A stretch of 62,098 bases of DNA from a virus (Duplodnaviria > Caudoviricetes). The notes below the pieces were generated by a model, which saw only the letters and a list, made by a program, of their open reading frames with translations, ran no database searches and was not told where the DNA came from. The DNA lies in the IMG/VR virus record IMGVR_UViG_3300046777_000588, positions 1 through 62,098 of that record. One strand, written 5' to 3'. The translations under genes were made by a program, and so were the position numbers. Of this stretch, positions 29,813 through 40,253 are shown piece after piece (position 1 is the first letter of the stretch; every line of letters starts with the position of its first letter).

Positions 29813-31810
29813 ATGAGCGCAAACATTAAAGCATCAGTAGACGGAACACAGGCAATCATCGGGGTAGGTGGTGTAGACCAGATGACTGTGAGCAACGCTG
29901 GCGTAGTCACGGCAAATAGCTTTGTAGGCAATGTAACTGGAGGAGACATCTCTGGTAACGCATCAAGTGCTACGGCTATTGCAACTGGATCAACTGGAGT
30001 ATCCGCAGGATCATTCGTTGTTGGACAGCAATACAAAATTACTTCTCTTGGAACAACGACACAAGCGCAATGGAATACAATTGCTGGAACAACAGGACAA
30101 ACTTATGTAGTTGGGTCTTTGTTCACGGCAGCTACTACTGGAGCAAGTTCTGGAAATGGATCGGCAGCAGTAGCAAGGACATTGGCAAATCGCTTCGCTG
30201 ATGTAGTGAATGTAAAAGATTTTGGCGCGGTTGGAGATGGGGTTGCGGATGATACTGCTGCGATTCAAGCCGCGATTAATACTGGGAAATCTATTGTTTT
30301 TCCAGAAGGAATATACATTGTTTCATCCCTTAACATTAATTCAAAAACAAAATTATTTGGCTTGGGTACACTCAAGAAAACAACCGTAACTGGGACATCA
30401 ATTTTAAATATTGCATCAAACGATGTAGAAATTGATGGACTTACATTTTTGGGTGCTAGTGTTGATACATTGATTCCGACAACTAATGACGCAGACAACG
30501 CAATTACTATTTCTGGAACATCAACTCCAACTCAATTTCAAAACATAAAAATCCAAAATTGCACTATTAACGGAGTAGCTGGTTTTGGTGTTAGAGTTAA
30601 CTATGCAACAAATGTTTGGGTTTTGAACAATAACATTTCTTACTGCGGATATGCTGGTATTCTTTTGTTATCTGTAATTCATGGAATTGTTGATGGAAAT
30701 AGAGTAAGAAATATTGACTCTTCTGCTAGTGCAACTAATAATTGGTATGGAATCTCCATTACAAGAGATGCGACTAAAACAATAGCAAATTCTGCAAGAT
30801 CAACAAATTGTGTGATTACAAATAATGTAGTTTCCAATGTTACGAAATGGACAGGCATTGACATCCATGCAGGATATAAAAGCATTATTGACAGCAATCA
30901 AGTATACTATTGCAAAAAGGGAATGTATGCACAATATGATGATGCTACAGAAACAAACAGACAACCATCAGAAACAATTGTCTTTTCAAACAACATTGTA
31001 GAAGGTAATCTTGCGGCAGCAGACTCATCTTTGGGTATTGCATCGCTAGGTCTAGCAGGAATGCCTAACCTAGATATAACAATTACTGGCAATCAAATTA
31101 TTAGAGGCGGAGGTTATGCGTCGAGCAATGGCGGTTTGTATGTTACAGAAACTAAAACCTGCATTGCATCAAACAACATCATAAAAAATAGCTGGCGATC
31201 TGGCATTTCTATTGGAGCAAACTGTGATGACATTGTTTTTGAAAATAATAAAATTAATGGTATACAACCAGATGGATCAGGATTAAGCACATATTATTGT
31301 TATTTTCCAAGCACTACTGTCACAAATACTGTATTGAGAAATAATTATTTCTTAAACAATACTGGAGTATCAGCAAATACTCCAACATATGGAATATTAT
31401 ATTTTGCTGGAACATATACTGGAATAACATTAGATAGAAATAGAATGAATGAATTCCCAACAGTTTCATTTTTATTTAACGCATTAAATTCCAATCGTTA
31501 TCAAGATTTTAAATTTATTCTTGAACCAACATCACAATATGCATCATTGAATGTAACTTCAGCAAATACGACAGAAGTAACAAGCGTCACGATTGGTAGA
31601 AATGTATATGGAACTCAACTTACTGCTACATTAATATATAATGTAAATAGAACTACAGTAACAAATCCAAAAATATTTGCCTGCATTACTGGACAAGCAG
31701 CACTAAATACCTATCAAGTAACTGCATATACATCAGACGCAACAACATTTGGTGTTACTGGAACTATACCAGTAACTTTAACAGTTCAAGGAATATGTTG
31801 GACAGAATAA
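29813..31810 (+). CDS. Tailspike 2 (pectate lyase-like beta-helix)
   Basis: NVKDFGAVGDGVADDTAAIQAA..PEG.Y motif. Confidence 0.88.
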   Translation: MSANIKASVDGTQAIIGVGGVDQMTVSNAGVVTANSFVGNVTGGDISGNASSATAIATGSTGVSAGSFVVGQQYKITSLGTTTQAQWNTIAGTTGQTYVVGSLFTAATTGASSGNGSAAVARTLANRFADVVNVKDFGAVGDGVADDTAAIQAAINTGKSIVFPEGIYIVSSLNINSKTKLFGLGTLKKTTVTGTSILNIASNDVEIDGLTFLGASVDTLIPTTNDADNAITISGTSTPTQFQNIKIQNCTINGVAGFGVRVNYATNVWVLNNNISYCGYAGILLLSVIHGIVDGNRVRNIDSSASATNNWYGISITRDATKTIANSARSTNCVITNNVVSNVTKWTGIDIHAGYKSIIDSNQVYYCKKGMYAQYDDATETNRQPSETIVFSNNIVEGNLAAADSSLGIASLGLAGMPNLDITITGNQIIRGGGYASSNGGLYVTETKTCIASNNIIKNSWRSGISIGANCDDIVFENNKINGIQPDGSGLSTYYCYFPSTTVTNTVLRNNYFLNNTGVSANTPTYGILYFAGTYTGITLDRNRMNEFPTVSFLFNALNSNRYQDFKFILEPTSQYASLNVTSANTTEVTSVTIGRNVYGTQLTATLIYNVNRTTVTNPKIFACITGQAALNTYQVTAYTSDATTFGVTGTIPVTLTVQGICWTE

Positions 31811-31829
31811 TATATTAGAAAACAAAATT

Positions 31830-32087
31830 ATGGCACTACAATTAACAACAACTACACCGCAAGGATTCACGGCAACTGATGCTTATCATCGTGTTGAGAA
31901 TATTAGTCTACATAATAAAAATTCTATTGTCTTCTCAATATCAAGCTATAAAGATAATCTGCATACTAATTTATTTAAGTCTGAAATAAAACACTGCGAC
32001 TACGACCTCAACGGAGAAAACCCGATTAAACAAGCATATCTCCATCTAAAAACCTTGCCAGATTTCGCAGACGCAGTAGATTGCTAA
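31830..32087 (+). CDS. Tailspike-associated small protein/chaperone, copy 2
   Basis: Highly similar to 29549..29806. Confidence 0.75.
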   Translation: MALQLTTTTPQGFTATDAYHRVENISLHNKNSIVFSISSYKDNLHTNLFKSEIKHCDYDLNGENPIKQAYLHLKTLPDFADAVDC

Positions 32088-32096
32088 ATTATTAAT

Positions 32097-32495
32097 ATGC
32101 CATACACATCCAAAAAAGTAAGTTTGCCAGAGGGCTTTGTTGACCTTGGCGAAGAAATGAAGCCAGCGATGGCTATTGAAATTGAGCGTGAACCATCTTC
32201 TGTTCACTATCCTTCTCTCTATTTTAGCAATGCTAAAGAGTTGATGGATTTTCCAAAAGAAGGAACTGCTGTCATTCACTTCAAGAAAGTCATGGAGAAG
32301 AAAGAGACAATCATGCGCGATGGCGAAGAAAAGAAATGCTATTGCGTAGAACTTGAAATCCACGGCATTAAATCCAATGGCAAATCCAAGATGGAGCCAA
32401 TGATGGAGGAAGAAGAGGATGATGAGGACGCTATTGAAAAAGGCTTGAAAGAAGCCGAAGGCGAAGAAGAAAACGAAGAAGAATACGAAGATTAA
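32097..32495 (+). CDS. Acidic hypothetical protein
   Basis: ORF with E-rich C-terminus. Confidence 0.7.
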   Translation: MPYTSKKVSLPEGFVDLGEEMKPAMAIEIEREPSSVHYPSLYFSNAKELMDFPKEGTAVIHFKKVMEKKETIMRDGEEKKCYCVELEIHGIKSNGKSKMEPMMEEEEDDEDAIEKGLKEAEGEEENEEEYED

Positions 32496-32499
32496 TTTT

Positions 32500-32823
32500 A
32501 TGGCTAAGAAAAACGAAATGCTCACTGAGGCTCCAACACCAACACCAGAAGCGATGCCGGGGGAAATGGCCGCACCAACTCCTGACATGGCTCCTCCTGC
32601 TGGTGGCAAGGTTATGGTTCAAATGCCATCTGATGCTTTTGATTCTATCTATACCCTCGTTAGCCAACTCCAATCTGGCCTTGAAACCCTCAAGGCTGAA
32701 GTTGATGCTCAAAAGGGTGGCGAAGCCGTTGCTGTTGCCGAAGAAATGGCTCCAGAGGCTGTTGCAACCGCTGAAGACGAAGAGTTTCTTAAATCACTTG
32801 CGGCAGAAGGTTCGATGCGATAA
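32500..32823 (+). CDS. Acidic hypothetical protein
   Basis: Operon ORF, P/A/E-rich. Confidence 0.7.
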   Translation: MAKKNEMLTEAPTPTPEAMPGEMAAPTPDMAPPAGGKVMVQMPSDAFDSIYTLVSQLQSGLETLKAEVDAQKGGEAVAVAEEMAPEAVATAEDEEFLKSLAAEGSMR

Positions 32824-32832
32824 TGTCGCGCC

Positions 32833-35800
32833 ATGTTTGTCTCGCAAATCTTCGATGAATGCGCTGAAATTTTAGGAACGACAGACGAAAATAAAGTCTT
32901 TCGTAAAATTCAGCAAGCCGTCCAGACTCTACTTGAATCTGGACATTGGACTCACGCAACGGCTGAAGTTGATGTATGCACTGGCTGGGATCGTTGCAGC
33001 CTTGCGCTTCCGCGAGGCGTTGATGTTCCTCTAGCTGTAAACATTGATGGTTCTCCTACATACTTCCGTAATCGTTTATTTCAATACCATGTAAATAAAG
33101 GCGGAATGTTTAATTCCGTTGAATGGGCTTGGGATGATCGCGGATATGTTGCGACACTCATGGACATCATTCAGCCTTCACAGCTTATTGCTGTAGCTGA
33201 AAGCAACAATGATGTTGGCAAGAAGATTCGCGTTCTTGGTCTTGACCAGAATAATCGCAATCTTCGCTCGCAGATGCCAAATGGGGCTGGTGTTGACGGA
33301 ATATTGATACCCATTCATTCACAGCAAGATTTCCAATATGGCACGATTGCGCCTGATGATGCAACAATTGCAACACGCAATGTCTCTATCACTCCTATTA
33401 AAAATTTTACGACTACAACTCCTCATGGTCTTTCATCGGGCCAAGGAATGTCTGCTAGACTTATTTCTGGCACTATTCCGATTCCGCTGAGTGATGGTCA
33501 GACATATTATATTGGAGTAATTGACGCATATACTGTTCAGTTATTCAATGATTCTTTAAATGCACAAGCATTGCAATATCCAATCTCATTGCAATCTATT
33601 GTCGGATTTGGGTCAATGCAGTTGCAAGATCGCAGGAATGCAAGCGTAGTAACTTCAATGGAATTTGCATCTGCTCCAACATTTGCAATTAACTCGCCAA
33701 ATGAAGTTGTATTTCCAAATACTCCTCTTCCCGCGCCACTAGAAGCAGACAAGACATACTTTGCTCAACCAATTGATTCAACTCATCTGAACATATTTTC
33801 GAGTCTTTCTGATGCTCAGAATAACACGAATCCAATTTATACTACTGGTTCAACAAGTCCAATAGACATTGATATTCGTAAGGAAATTGTTCCAGAAACA
33901 AAGCTGGTTTTTTCTGTCAAACATTATTTTAATGATGGAGACCAAGTTCAAGCATTCACATCTGGTGGAACATTGCCGCAACCATTGATTGCCAATCAGA
34001 ATTACTTTGTAAATGTCATTGATGACTTTTCTGTTTCACTGCATGAAAATCAAGCCGATGCGCTTGCATCATCCCCGACAAACTTTGTTAATCCGATTAA
34101 GCTAATTACTGCTGGTGCAGGGACAAACTCTCTTGTTAAGCTGATTCAAGCAACATCTACAGTTGGAACAACAAGTCAAATCACGGCCCAAGGACTTTCT
34201 ATTGGAACACCATCTGGTTCTGGAGCAAATTTCCAAGCTGTTGTTGTTGGTTCTGTGACTGAAGTGAATATTACTGCCGCTGGCGGTGGATATACAACGA
34301 CTCCCAATATAACATTCTCTGCTCCACCAACCCCGCCAGTTGGAAGCCCTATTACTCCAGTAACAGCGACTGGATATGCTGTTCGCAGTGCTATTAATAA
34401 TACGATTACTGGAATTGTAATCACGAATCCGGGCCTTGGATATTCAGCCCCTCCCTCGATTACAATTGATCCTCCTCCAGTAAATCCATCAATTTCAATA
34501 ACAAGGCTTACATCATCTGGAACTACAGCAACTTGCACAACTTTAAATCCACATGGTTTTACAAGTGGAAATGAAGTTACAATTGCTGGAGCATCGCCAA
34601 CTGGATACAATGGAACATATATTGTAAATTCCACTGGTCCTAATACATTTACATATACATTAAATGCTTCAGTTGGATATGATGTTGCTGTAACTTCTAT
34701 TACAAGCACAGGGACAACGGCTACAGTAACAACAACAATCAATCACGGATTTAGCAATGGTCAGAGTGTTCTTATTACTGGAGCAGTTCCAACAGAATAT
34801 AATGGTCAAGTAACAATTTCAACTGCTGGACCAGCGACAAATACATTTACATATACAGTTCAAAGTGGGCTTTTAAGTCCCGCAACTGGAACTATTAGTG
34901 TATTTTCTCGCCCAGCAACTGGAACAATGACTTGCGCGTTGAAGGCTGGAAGTCAAGCCGTAGCAACCGCAAATATAACCACATCATTTGTATCGCATTT
35001 CACTCTTATTTCTGGAGGTTCTGGATATACTGAACCCCCTCAAGTTAAAATTACTGGAGGAAACGGAAGCGGGGCAACTGCAACCGCCAATGTAAGTGCA
35101 GGAGTTGTTACTGGACTTAATCTGATAACATCTGGAACTGGGTATACATCTGTTCCAACAGTCACGATAACTCCATCAACTGGCGTATTTGTAAACTTTT
35201 CTTCTACTGGATCACTACCATCTCCACTTGTTTCTGGAACTGCATATCGTGCAGAAACTCCACTTAACACGCTTACTGGAACATTTACAGTAAAGAATGC
35301 AGATTTTAGTGATGTAAATATAACTTCAGCTCCAACTGGAACATTTTATGTTGTCCTTTCTCGTTCGTTTGGAGTTGATTTCACAAATAACTGGCTAGGT
35401 GATTTTACAAGCCTATCAACTGGTCAACAAATTTACTTTGGAACTGACTACTCGCTTCCAATAACTACTCCATCTATTGATAATGGTGTAACTCCAGCAT
35501 ATTTGAGCATTATATCAACATCGCTTGCTAAAGCATATTCAAATGTTGGTTTAACAACTCTTATCAACATTGATTCGTTTGGAACTGGTCAGACATATTA
35601 TGCAATTCGGACTCAAGTTTCACCATCGGTTGATTCTAACTTAATAAAGCCAATCAATACGGCATACTTGAGTGAAAATGAAGTTGTTCAATTTTCAACT
35701 TCTGGAACATTGCCAACTCCACTTCTTGCATCGACTGACTATACTATAAAAATTATTGGGGATTCTGTCCGTGTTTATAGTGGATCATCTCCAGTTGTTA

Positions 35801-36558
35801 TTACAAGCACAGGAATTGGTCAGTTGAGCCTAGACATCATTCGTAGCGTCAATGTCCAGCCATCTACAAGTATGGTTGCTACATCGTCGCTTTACGAGAC
35901 TGGAACTCAGCTTGTGGCTAGAGCAAATACTGGAGATGTTCTTCCGAATGGATTGCTTGCAAATACGAACTACTATGTTCGCAGGATTAATAATAATTCT
36001 TTCGAGCTTTACGACACGGCGGCTCACGCCATCAATCTTGCATCGACAACTGGGCGCAGGAACTACACAACATCTGGCAACTCTGTTTCATCCACATTCT
36101 TTGTTGATGCCATTTACGATCCAATCTTCGTTAAAAGCGTTGCTCATGTTGAGAAACCTATCACAGATGGATATGTAAGCCTTTACGCATGGGATTATGG
36201 CCGTAGCAATGACATGACCCTTATTGGGCAATATCACCCAACTGAAGTCAACCCAAGCTATCGTAGGATTCGCATTGGTAAACCTTGTGCATGGGCTAGG
36301 ATTATCTACAAAGTAACATCGCCTAGTATTTCTAGCGTGCATGACTTTATCCCTCTTGAGCAAGAAAGGGCGATCATTGCCGCTGTTCACGCTGTTGATT
36401 TGGAAGATAAGGACTTCGCTGATCAATCGGCTCGCTATTGGCAGATTGCTTTTGCTTATTTGAAAAACCAACAAGAATCTATTGATGGTCATGCAATGTC
36501 AGTCCCGCAGATTAATTCGATCACTTATGGCGATACGACTGACCCTGTAATGTGGTAA
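32833..36558 (+). CDS. Head-tail adaptor-like virion protein with a very large beta-repeat insertion
   Basis: Helical N- and C-terminal adaptor-like ends flank HG...G..V and GSGYT..P.V repeats; precedes a nozzle-like gene. Confidence 0.6.
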   Translation: MFVSQIFDECAEILGTTDENKVFRKIQQAVQTLLESGHWTHATAEVDVCTGWDRCSLALPRGVDVPLAVNIDGSPTYFRNRLFQYHVNKGGMFNSVEWAWDDRGYVATLMDIIQPSQLIAVAESNNDVGKKIRVLGLDQNNRNLRSQMPNGAGVDGILIPIHSQQDFQYGTIAPDDATIATRNVSITPIKNFTTTTPHGLSSGQGMSARLISGTIPIPLSDGQTYYIGVIDAYTVQLFNDSLNAQALQYPISLQSIVGFGSMQLQDRRNASVVTSMEFASAPTFAINSPNEVVFPNTPLPAPLEADKTYFAQPIDSTHLNIFSSLSDAQNNTNPIYTTGSTSPIDIDIRKEIVPETKLVFSVKHYFNDGDQVQAFTSGGTLPQPLIANQNYFVNVIDDFSVSLHENQADALASSPTNFVNPIKLITAGAGTNSLVKLIQATSTVGTTSQITAQGLSIGTPSGSGANFQAVVVGSVTEVNITAAGGGYTTTPNITFSAPPTPPVGSPITPVTATGYAVRSAINNTITGIVITNPGLGYSAPPSITIDPPPVNPSISITRLTSSGTTATCTTLNPHGFTSGNEVTIAGASPTGYNGTYIVNSTGPNTFTYTLNASVGYDVAVTSITSTGTTATVTTTINHGFSNGQSVLITGAVPTEYNGQVTISTAGPATNTFTYTVQSGLLSPATGTISVFSRPATGTMTCALKAGSQAVATANITTSFVSHFTLISGGSGYTEPPQVKITGGNGSGATATANVSAGVVTGLNLITSGTGYTSVPTVTITPSTGVFVNFSSTGSLPSPLVSGTAYRAETPLNTLTGTFTVKNADFSDVNITSAPTGTFYVVLSRSFGVDFTNNWLGDFTSLSTGQQIYFGTDYSLPITTPSIDNGVTPAYLSIISTSLAKAYSNVGLTTLINIDSFGTGQTYYAIRTQVSPSVDSNLIKPINTAYLSENEVVQFSTSGTLPTPLLASTDYTIKIIGDSVRVYSGSSPVVITSTGIGQLSLDIIRSVNVQPSTSMVATSSLYETGTQLVARANTGDVLPNGLLANTNYYVRRINNNSFELYDTAAHAINLASTTGRRNYTTSGNSVSSTFFVDAIYDPIFVKSVAHVEKPITDGYVSLYAWDYGRSNDMTLIGQYHPTEVNPSYRRIRIGKPCAWARIIYKVTSPSISSVHDFIPLEQERAIIAAVHAVDLEDKDFADQSARYWQIAFAYLKNQQESIDGHAMSVPQINSITYGDTTDPVMW

Positions 36559-36562
36559 AAGC

Positions 36563-38665
36563 ATGAAATCTGCTCAAATCACCAAAGACAGGCAAGTTAA
36601 AACCAATGCTGGCTGGGTGCAGGGTGTTAATAGCGTCCGCAATCCTTGGTTTTTACAAGAGAATCAAGTGAAGTGGGCTGTAAATTGTCAGTTCCGTGGT
36701 GGCATTGCACAAACTAGGCCGGGACAAGCAATGCGCTTGTCGCTTCCTCCGGGTAATTTCCAAGGCGGAATCCTCTTTCTAGCCAACAAACAATATGCGG
36801 CTGCCACTGCAACAACATCAACTTTGATTTACGATGTAAATGGCAATGGAGTTGAAGCAGACGAAATCCCATACATTGTATTTGCTGTAAATGGCAAGGT
36901 ATATTGGAGTCCATTCCCATTAACTCAACCTGAATCATGGAAGCCATTCCAATTGTCGGGAATTTCACTTGATCCAAATGTAAAACAATTTGTTTTTGCT
37001 CTTGCAACTCAGTCTGCAAATGTATCAACAGGCGGAGATGTAAGCATCACTCCAGCGCATCGTGTTGTTTTCATTCAAGACGGGGTTTCTTCTCCCGCTT
37101 ATTGGGATGGCAGTAATACAACTGGCTTCCAATCATCTGAAATTCCAGTTGGGACATGGATGGCATTTTCTGGAAATCGACTTTGGATAGCCAACAAGAA
37201 TGTAGTTCTAGCTTCTGATTTGGGCGACCCTACTAGCTGGCAAGAACGCACAACTGGTGCTGGTCGAGGAGACTTTTCTTTTACTAGGCCAGTTACCGCA
37301 ATGGTAAATTATGTTGGTCAAAACAACGACCAGAAATTGTATGTTTTTACAGATAGGGAAACATACGCCCTAGCAAGTGGAATCTACGATAGATCAACAT
37401 GGGCAAATACTGCTAACTTTCAAACAACCTTGTTCCCAACTGTTGGATGTGTAGCTGGAAAATCAATCGCATTCCAAGCAGGTCAAATGTGGTGGTTTTC
37501 GCAAGGTGGATTGGTTTCTGCTGATGTCGCTGGCAACGCTTACCTGTCCTCTCAAGTTCTATACAAAGACCTAGAAATGGTGCGAGCAAAAGCATACATG
37601 GCTGGAGATCAGTCTGGAATTTGCGCTACATCATTTGAGAATTATCTACTTTATTCTATTCCTTACCTTGAGCCTCTAAATTCAGCAACGATGGTTATGG
37701 ATTGGGCGGTTGCCGCTGAATTTGGCTCGCAAAGGCAACCAGCTTGGTGCGGTGTCTGGACTGGAACAAGGCCCGTAGAATGGACTACTGGGATTGTTAA
37801 TGGTCAGCCTCGATGCTTTCATTTTAGCGTGGATTATTCGCCAACAAATGATGGCTCCTACAACTCGCTTTGGGAGTCATTCACACCAAGTAGAGCTGAT
37901 TCGTATTTGAGCATCAATGCTGACGGAACAACGACTCAACTTTTTAATAGAATTTATTCTCAAGTTGAAACCGCATTGCTTGGTGACACCATGGATTACA
38001 AGCAATTCATCTATGCTGAACTTGAGTGTTGCGAGATTGGCGGAACTGTTGATGTGAATGTTTCCTATCGAGGTAGCAAGGGGCAGTATCAAGGAATACT
38101 TAAAACACGATTGCTTGCTGTTACTGAAGATTACCAATGGATGGATACTCCATACGAAGCTGAAATCAAAAAGCTAGGTCTTCTTAATTCTCAATATCGC
38201 CGACTGATTACTGAATCTGCGTCCAGAAATGCAACATCGGTGACTTGCGAATCACATTTGACAACGGACATTGACAAGGGATTTTCTTTGCTAGTTGAAT
38301 GGTGTGGAGAGTTTGGAGTAGAAGTCGTTCGTATGTTCCAAGACCCGTGGAGCGAGCGTTCAACTGGTGTTCCGCAAGCGGACGAAACAAAGTCTTGCGT
38401 TCTTGCTCAAGATGGACAAACGCTGACTATTGATTTGCTTCCTAGCCCGTATGACACGCCACAACCAGATCAAAAATCTTGGTATGCTAAAGTGTATCGA
38501 ACTGTGACATTGACCTGCCCTTCATCTCCGTCAATCTCAGCTACGGCAGCGGCATCATTCCTTTCAACTGTTTCGTTTTCTCACGCTGAAGAACAAGCTG
38601 GAATACTTGCAGAACAAGCCGCAAACGCAGCGGCGCAGCAGTATCGCATTCAACATCCTTGTTAA
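36563..38665 (+). CDS. Tail nozzle/stabilisation protein (P22 gp10/T7 gp12-like beta-propeller)
   Basis: 700 aa beta-rich, RLW.A...SD..DP..W motif, podovirus gene order. Confidence 0.6.
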   Translation: MKSAQITKDRQVKTNAGWVQGVNSVRNPWFLQENQVKWAVNCQFRGGIAQTRPGQAMRLSLPPGNFQGGILFLANKQYAAATATTSTLIYDVNGNGVEADEIPYIVFAVNGKVYWSPFPLTQPESWKPFQLSGISLDPNVKQFVFALATQSANVSTGGDVSITPAHRVVFIQDGVSSPAYWDGSNTTGFQSSEIPVGTWMAFSGNRLWIANKNVVLASDLGDPTSWQERTTGAGRGDFSFTRPVTAMVNYVGQNNDQKLYVFTDRETYALASGIYDRSTWANTANFQTTLFPTVGCVAGKSIAFQAGQMWWFSQGGLVSADVAGNAYLSSQVLYKDLEMVRAKAYMAGDQSGICATSFENYLLYSIPYLEPLNSATMVMDWAVAAEFGSQRQPAWCGVWTGTRPVEWTTGIVNGQPRCFHFSVDYSPTNDGSYNSLWESFTPSRADSYLSINADGTTTQLFNRIYSQVETALLGDTMDYKQFIYAELECCEIGGTVDVNVSYRGSKGQYQGILKTRLLAVTEDYQWMDTPYEAEIKKLGLLNSQYRRLITESASRNATSVTCESHLTTDIDKGFSLLVEWCGEFGVEVVRMFQDPWSERSTGVPQADETKSCVLAQDGQTLTIDLLPSPYDTPQPDQKSWYAKVYRTVTLTCPSSPSISATAAASFLSTVSFSHAEEQAGILAEQAANAAAQQYRIQHPC

Positions 38666-38666
38666 T

Positions 38667-38921
38667 ATGCCATCTATCATTGACGCATCTGTAGCTATTA
38701 CTGAATTCCCAAATCGGTTTGTAACTCCTTTTAAGGACGATCCCGTTGTTCCACTTTATTCATCTATTCCAATACCAATCGACACAGAGAATTGTTTGCC
38801 TTGCGTTGTGTGTGGAAATCTTGCTACAAGAAATAAAGCAATCCAGCAACAAGCTGAAAGATTCAAAAACTATATTCCTACTGAATTGAGTGGAAACGAA
38901 ATTGTAGTAGGATCAAATTAA
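38667..38921 (+). CDS. Small Cys-containing virion-associated protein
   Basis: ATG at 38667; CLPCVVC. Confidence 0.6.
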   Translation: MPSIIDASVAITEFPNRFVTPFKDDPVVPLYSSIPIPIDTENCLPCVVCGNLATRNKAIQQQAERFKNYIPTELSGNEIVVGSN

Positions 38922-38926
38922 TAAAT

Positions 38927-39316
38927 ATGAAAACCAGAATCGACTATCGACTCATCCCTAAAGACTCATTTGAATTTGGAAACCTACAAGACTTCGCTGA
39001 ATCGTTTGACCACAAAATTGTCGAACACCCTAATGTCAATGTTTACGCTCATTATCGGAATGGCGAGTTGTTTGGCTATTCTGATCATGTTTTCCTTCCT
39101 ACTGTCTATCCAGCTTTTCACCCGGCTCATACAAGGCCGCAGGATGTAATCCAAGTAATGAGCGATTGGCGCGCTCACGCTCAACTTTCTGGTGGCCTTG
39201 GATACATTGGTGTTCCACTTATTGATGATCGTCCTAAGTTCACAAATGAAGTTATGAATAAATTAGGATTGACTAAAATGAATAGGGAGATTTATAGTTA
39301 CGATTCATTGACTTAA
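38927..39316 (+). CDS. Hypothetical protein, possibly GNAT-like (T7 gp13 position)
   Basis: Size, position before ejection genes, C-terminal KLGL motif. Confidence 0.45.
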   Translation: MKTRIDYRLIPKDSFEFGNLQDFAESFDHKIVEHPNVNVYAHYRNGELFGYSDHVFLPTVYPAFHPAHTRPQDVIQVMSDWRAHAQLSGGLGYIGVPLIDDRPKFTNEVMNKLGLTKMNREIYSYDSLT

Positions 39317-39317
39317 A

Positions 39318-40250
39318 ATGGGTGGAGCAAAAACAGTAAGCGCAGGAAAATACATTAAGCCACGCGATCCAGCGAGGGATGTTGCTGTCATGCAGATGAT
39401 GATGCAAGTTCAGAAGCAACAGCAGGATGAGCAAGCGGCAATGTTGAGCAAATATGCTCAAATGGCTCCACAAGTTCAAACATTTGATCCAAGAGAGATT
39501 TCGCAGGGGTCCGCAGAGCTTGGAATGGCAAATCTTGCTCAACAACGCGAGCTTGAAAAAATGACAAGCCCAGAAGCCGCCGCGATGCGCTTGTCTCAAT
39601 CAAAGCAAATGGAGCAACTTACAAGCCCAGAAAATGTTCGCCAATATATGAATGAGTATATGCGAACTCAAGGCTTGCCATCGCAGTATGCAACAGGTCT
39701 AGGCGATTCCACCATTGGCCGTGCGGCGATGTATGATCGTGCATTGGCGGCAAAGAAAGCATACGAGGAGAATCTTGCCGCGCAACAACAAGCGTATCTT
39801 GCTCAAACAGAAGCACCAGTTGGCGGTCTGTCTCCAGCGGCACTCATGGCTGCAAAACAAGCTGCACAAGCTCAAAATATTGCATCTGGAGAAGCATATA
39901 AACAAGCAATGCTTGGGACTGTTGGTCAATTTGGTCAAACTGGCGCAGATGTCGCTAATCGTCAATTTTCTACGCTTTCTAATTTACAGAATGCTATTCA
40001 GCAAAGTGATCTTGGAAGGCAGCAAGCTATGATTGATAGTTCTGCACAAAATGCCGCAGCTAAAAATGCAATGACAGGGGCATACATACAAGCTGGGGGT
40101 CAAGTTGCTTCATCTGCTATCAGTGCTATGGGAGGAATGGCTGGCGGCGGCGGCGGCGGATCAATTGCTGGATATGGCGGACAGCAATATATTCCAAAAA
40201 CATCTGCAACAGGAGGGCAATATTACGCTCCAAGTAGCGGAAGAATATAA
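39318..40250 (+). CDS. Putative internal virion/ejection protein A
   Basis: Q/A/M-rich helical, Gly-rich C-terminus, MGG start; paralog of 40254. Confidence 0.6.
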   Translation: MGGAKTVSAGKYIKPRDPARDVAVMQMMMQVQKQQQDEQAAMLSKYAQMAPQVQTFDPREISQGSAELGMANLAQQRELEKMTSPEAAAMRLSQSKQMEQLTSPENVRQYMNEYMRTQGLPSQYATGLGDSTIGRAAMYDRALAAKKAYEENLAAQQQAYLAQTEAPVGGLSPAALMAAKQAAQAQNIASGEAYKQAMLGTVGQFGQTGADVANRQFSTLSNLQNAIQQSDLGRQQAMIDSSAQNAAAKNAMTGAYIQAGGQVASSAISAMGGMAGGGGGGSIAGYGGQQYIPKTSATGGQYYAPSSGRI

Positions 40251-40253
40251 AAT

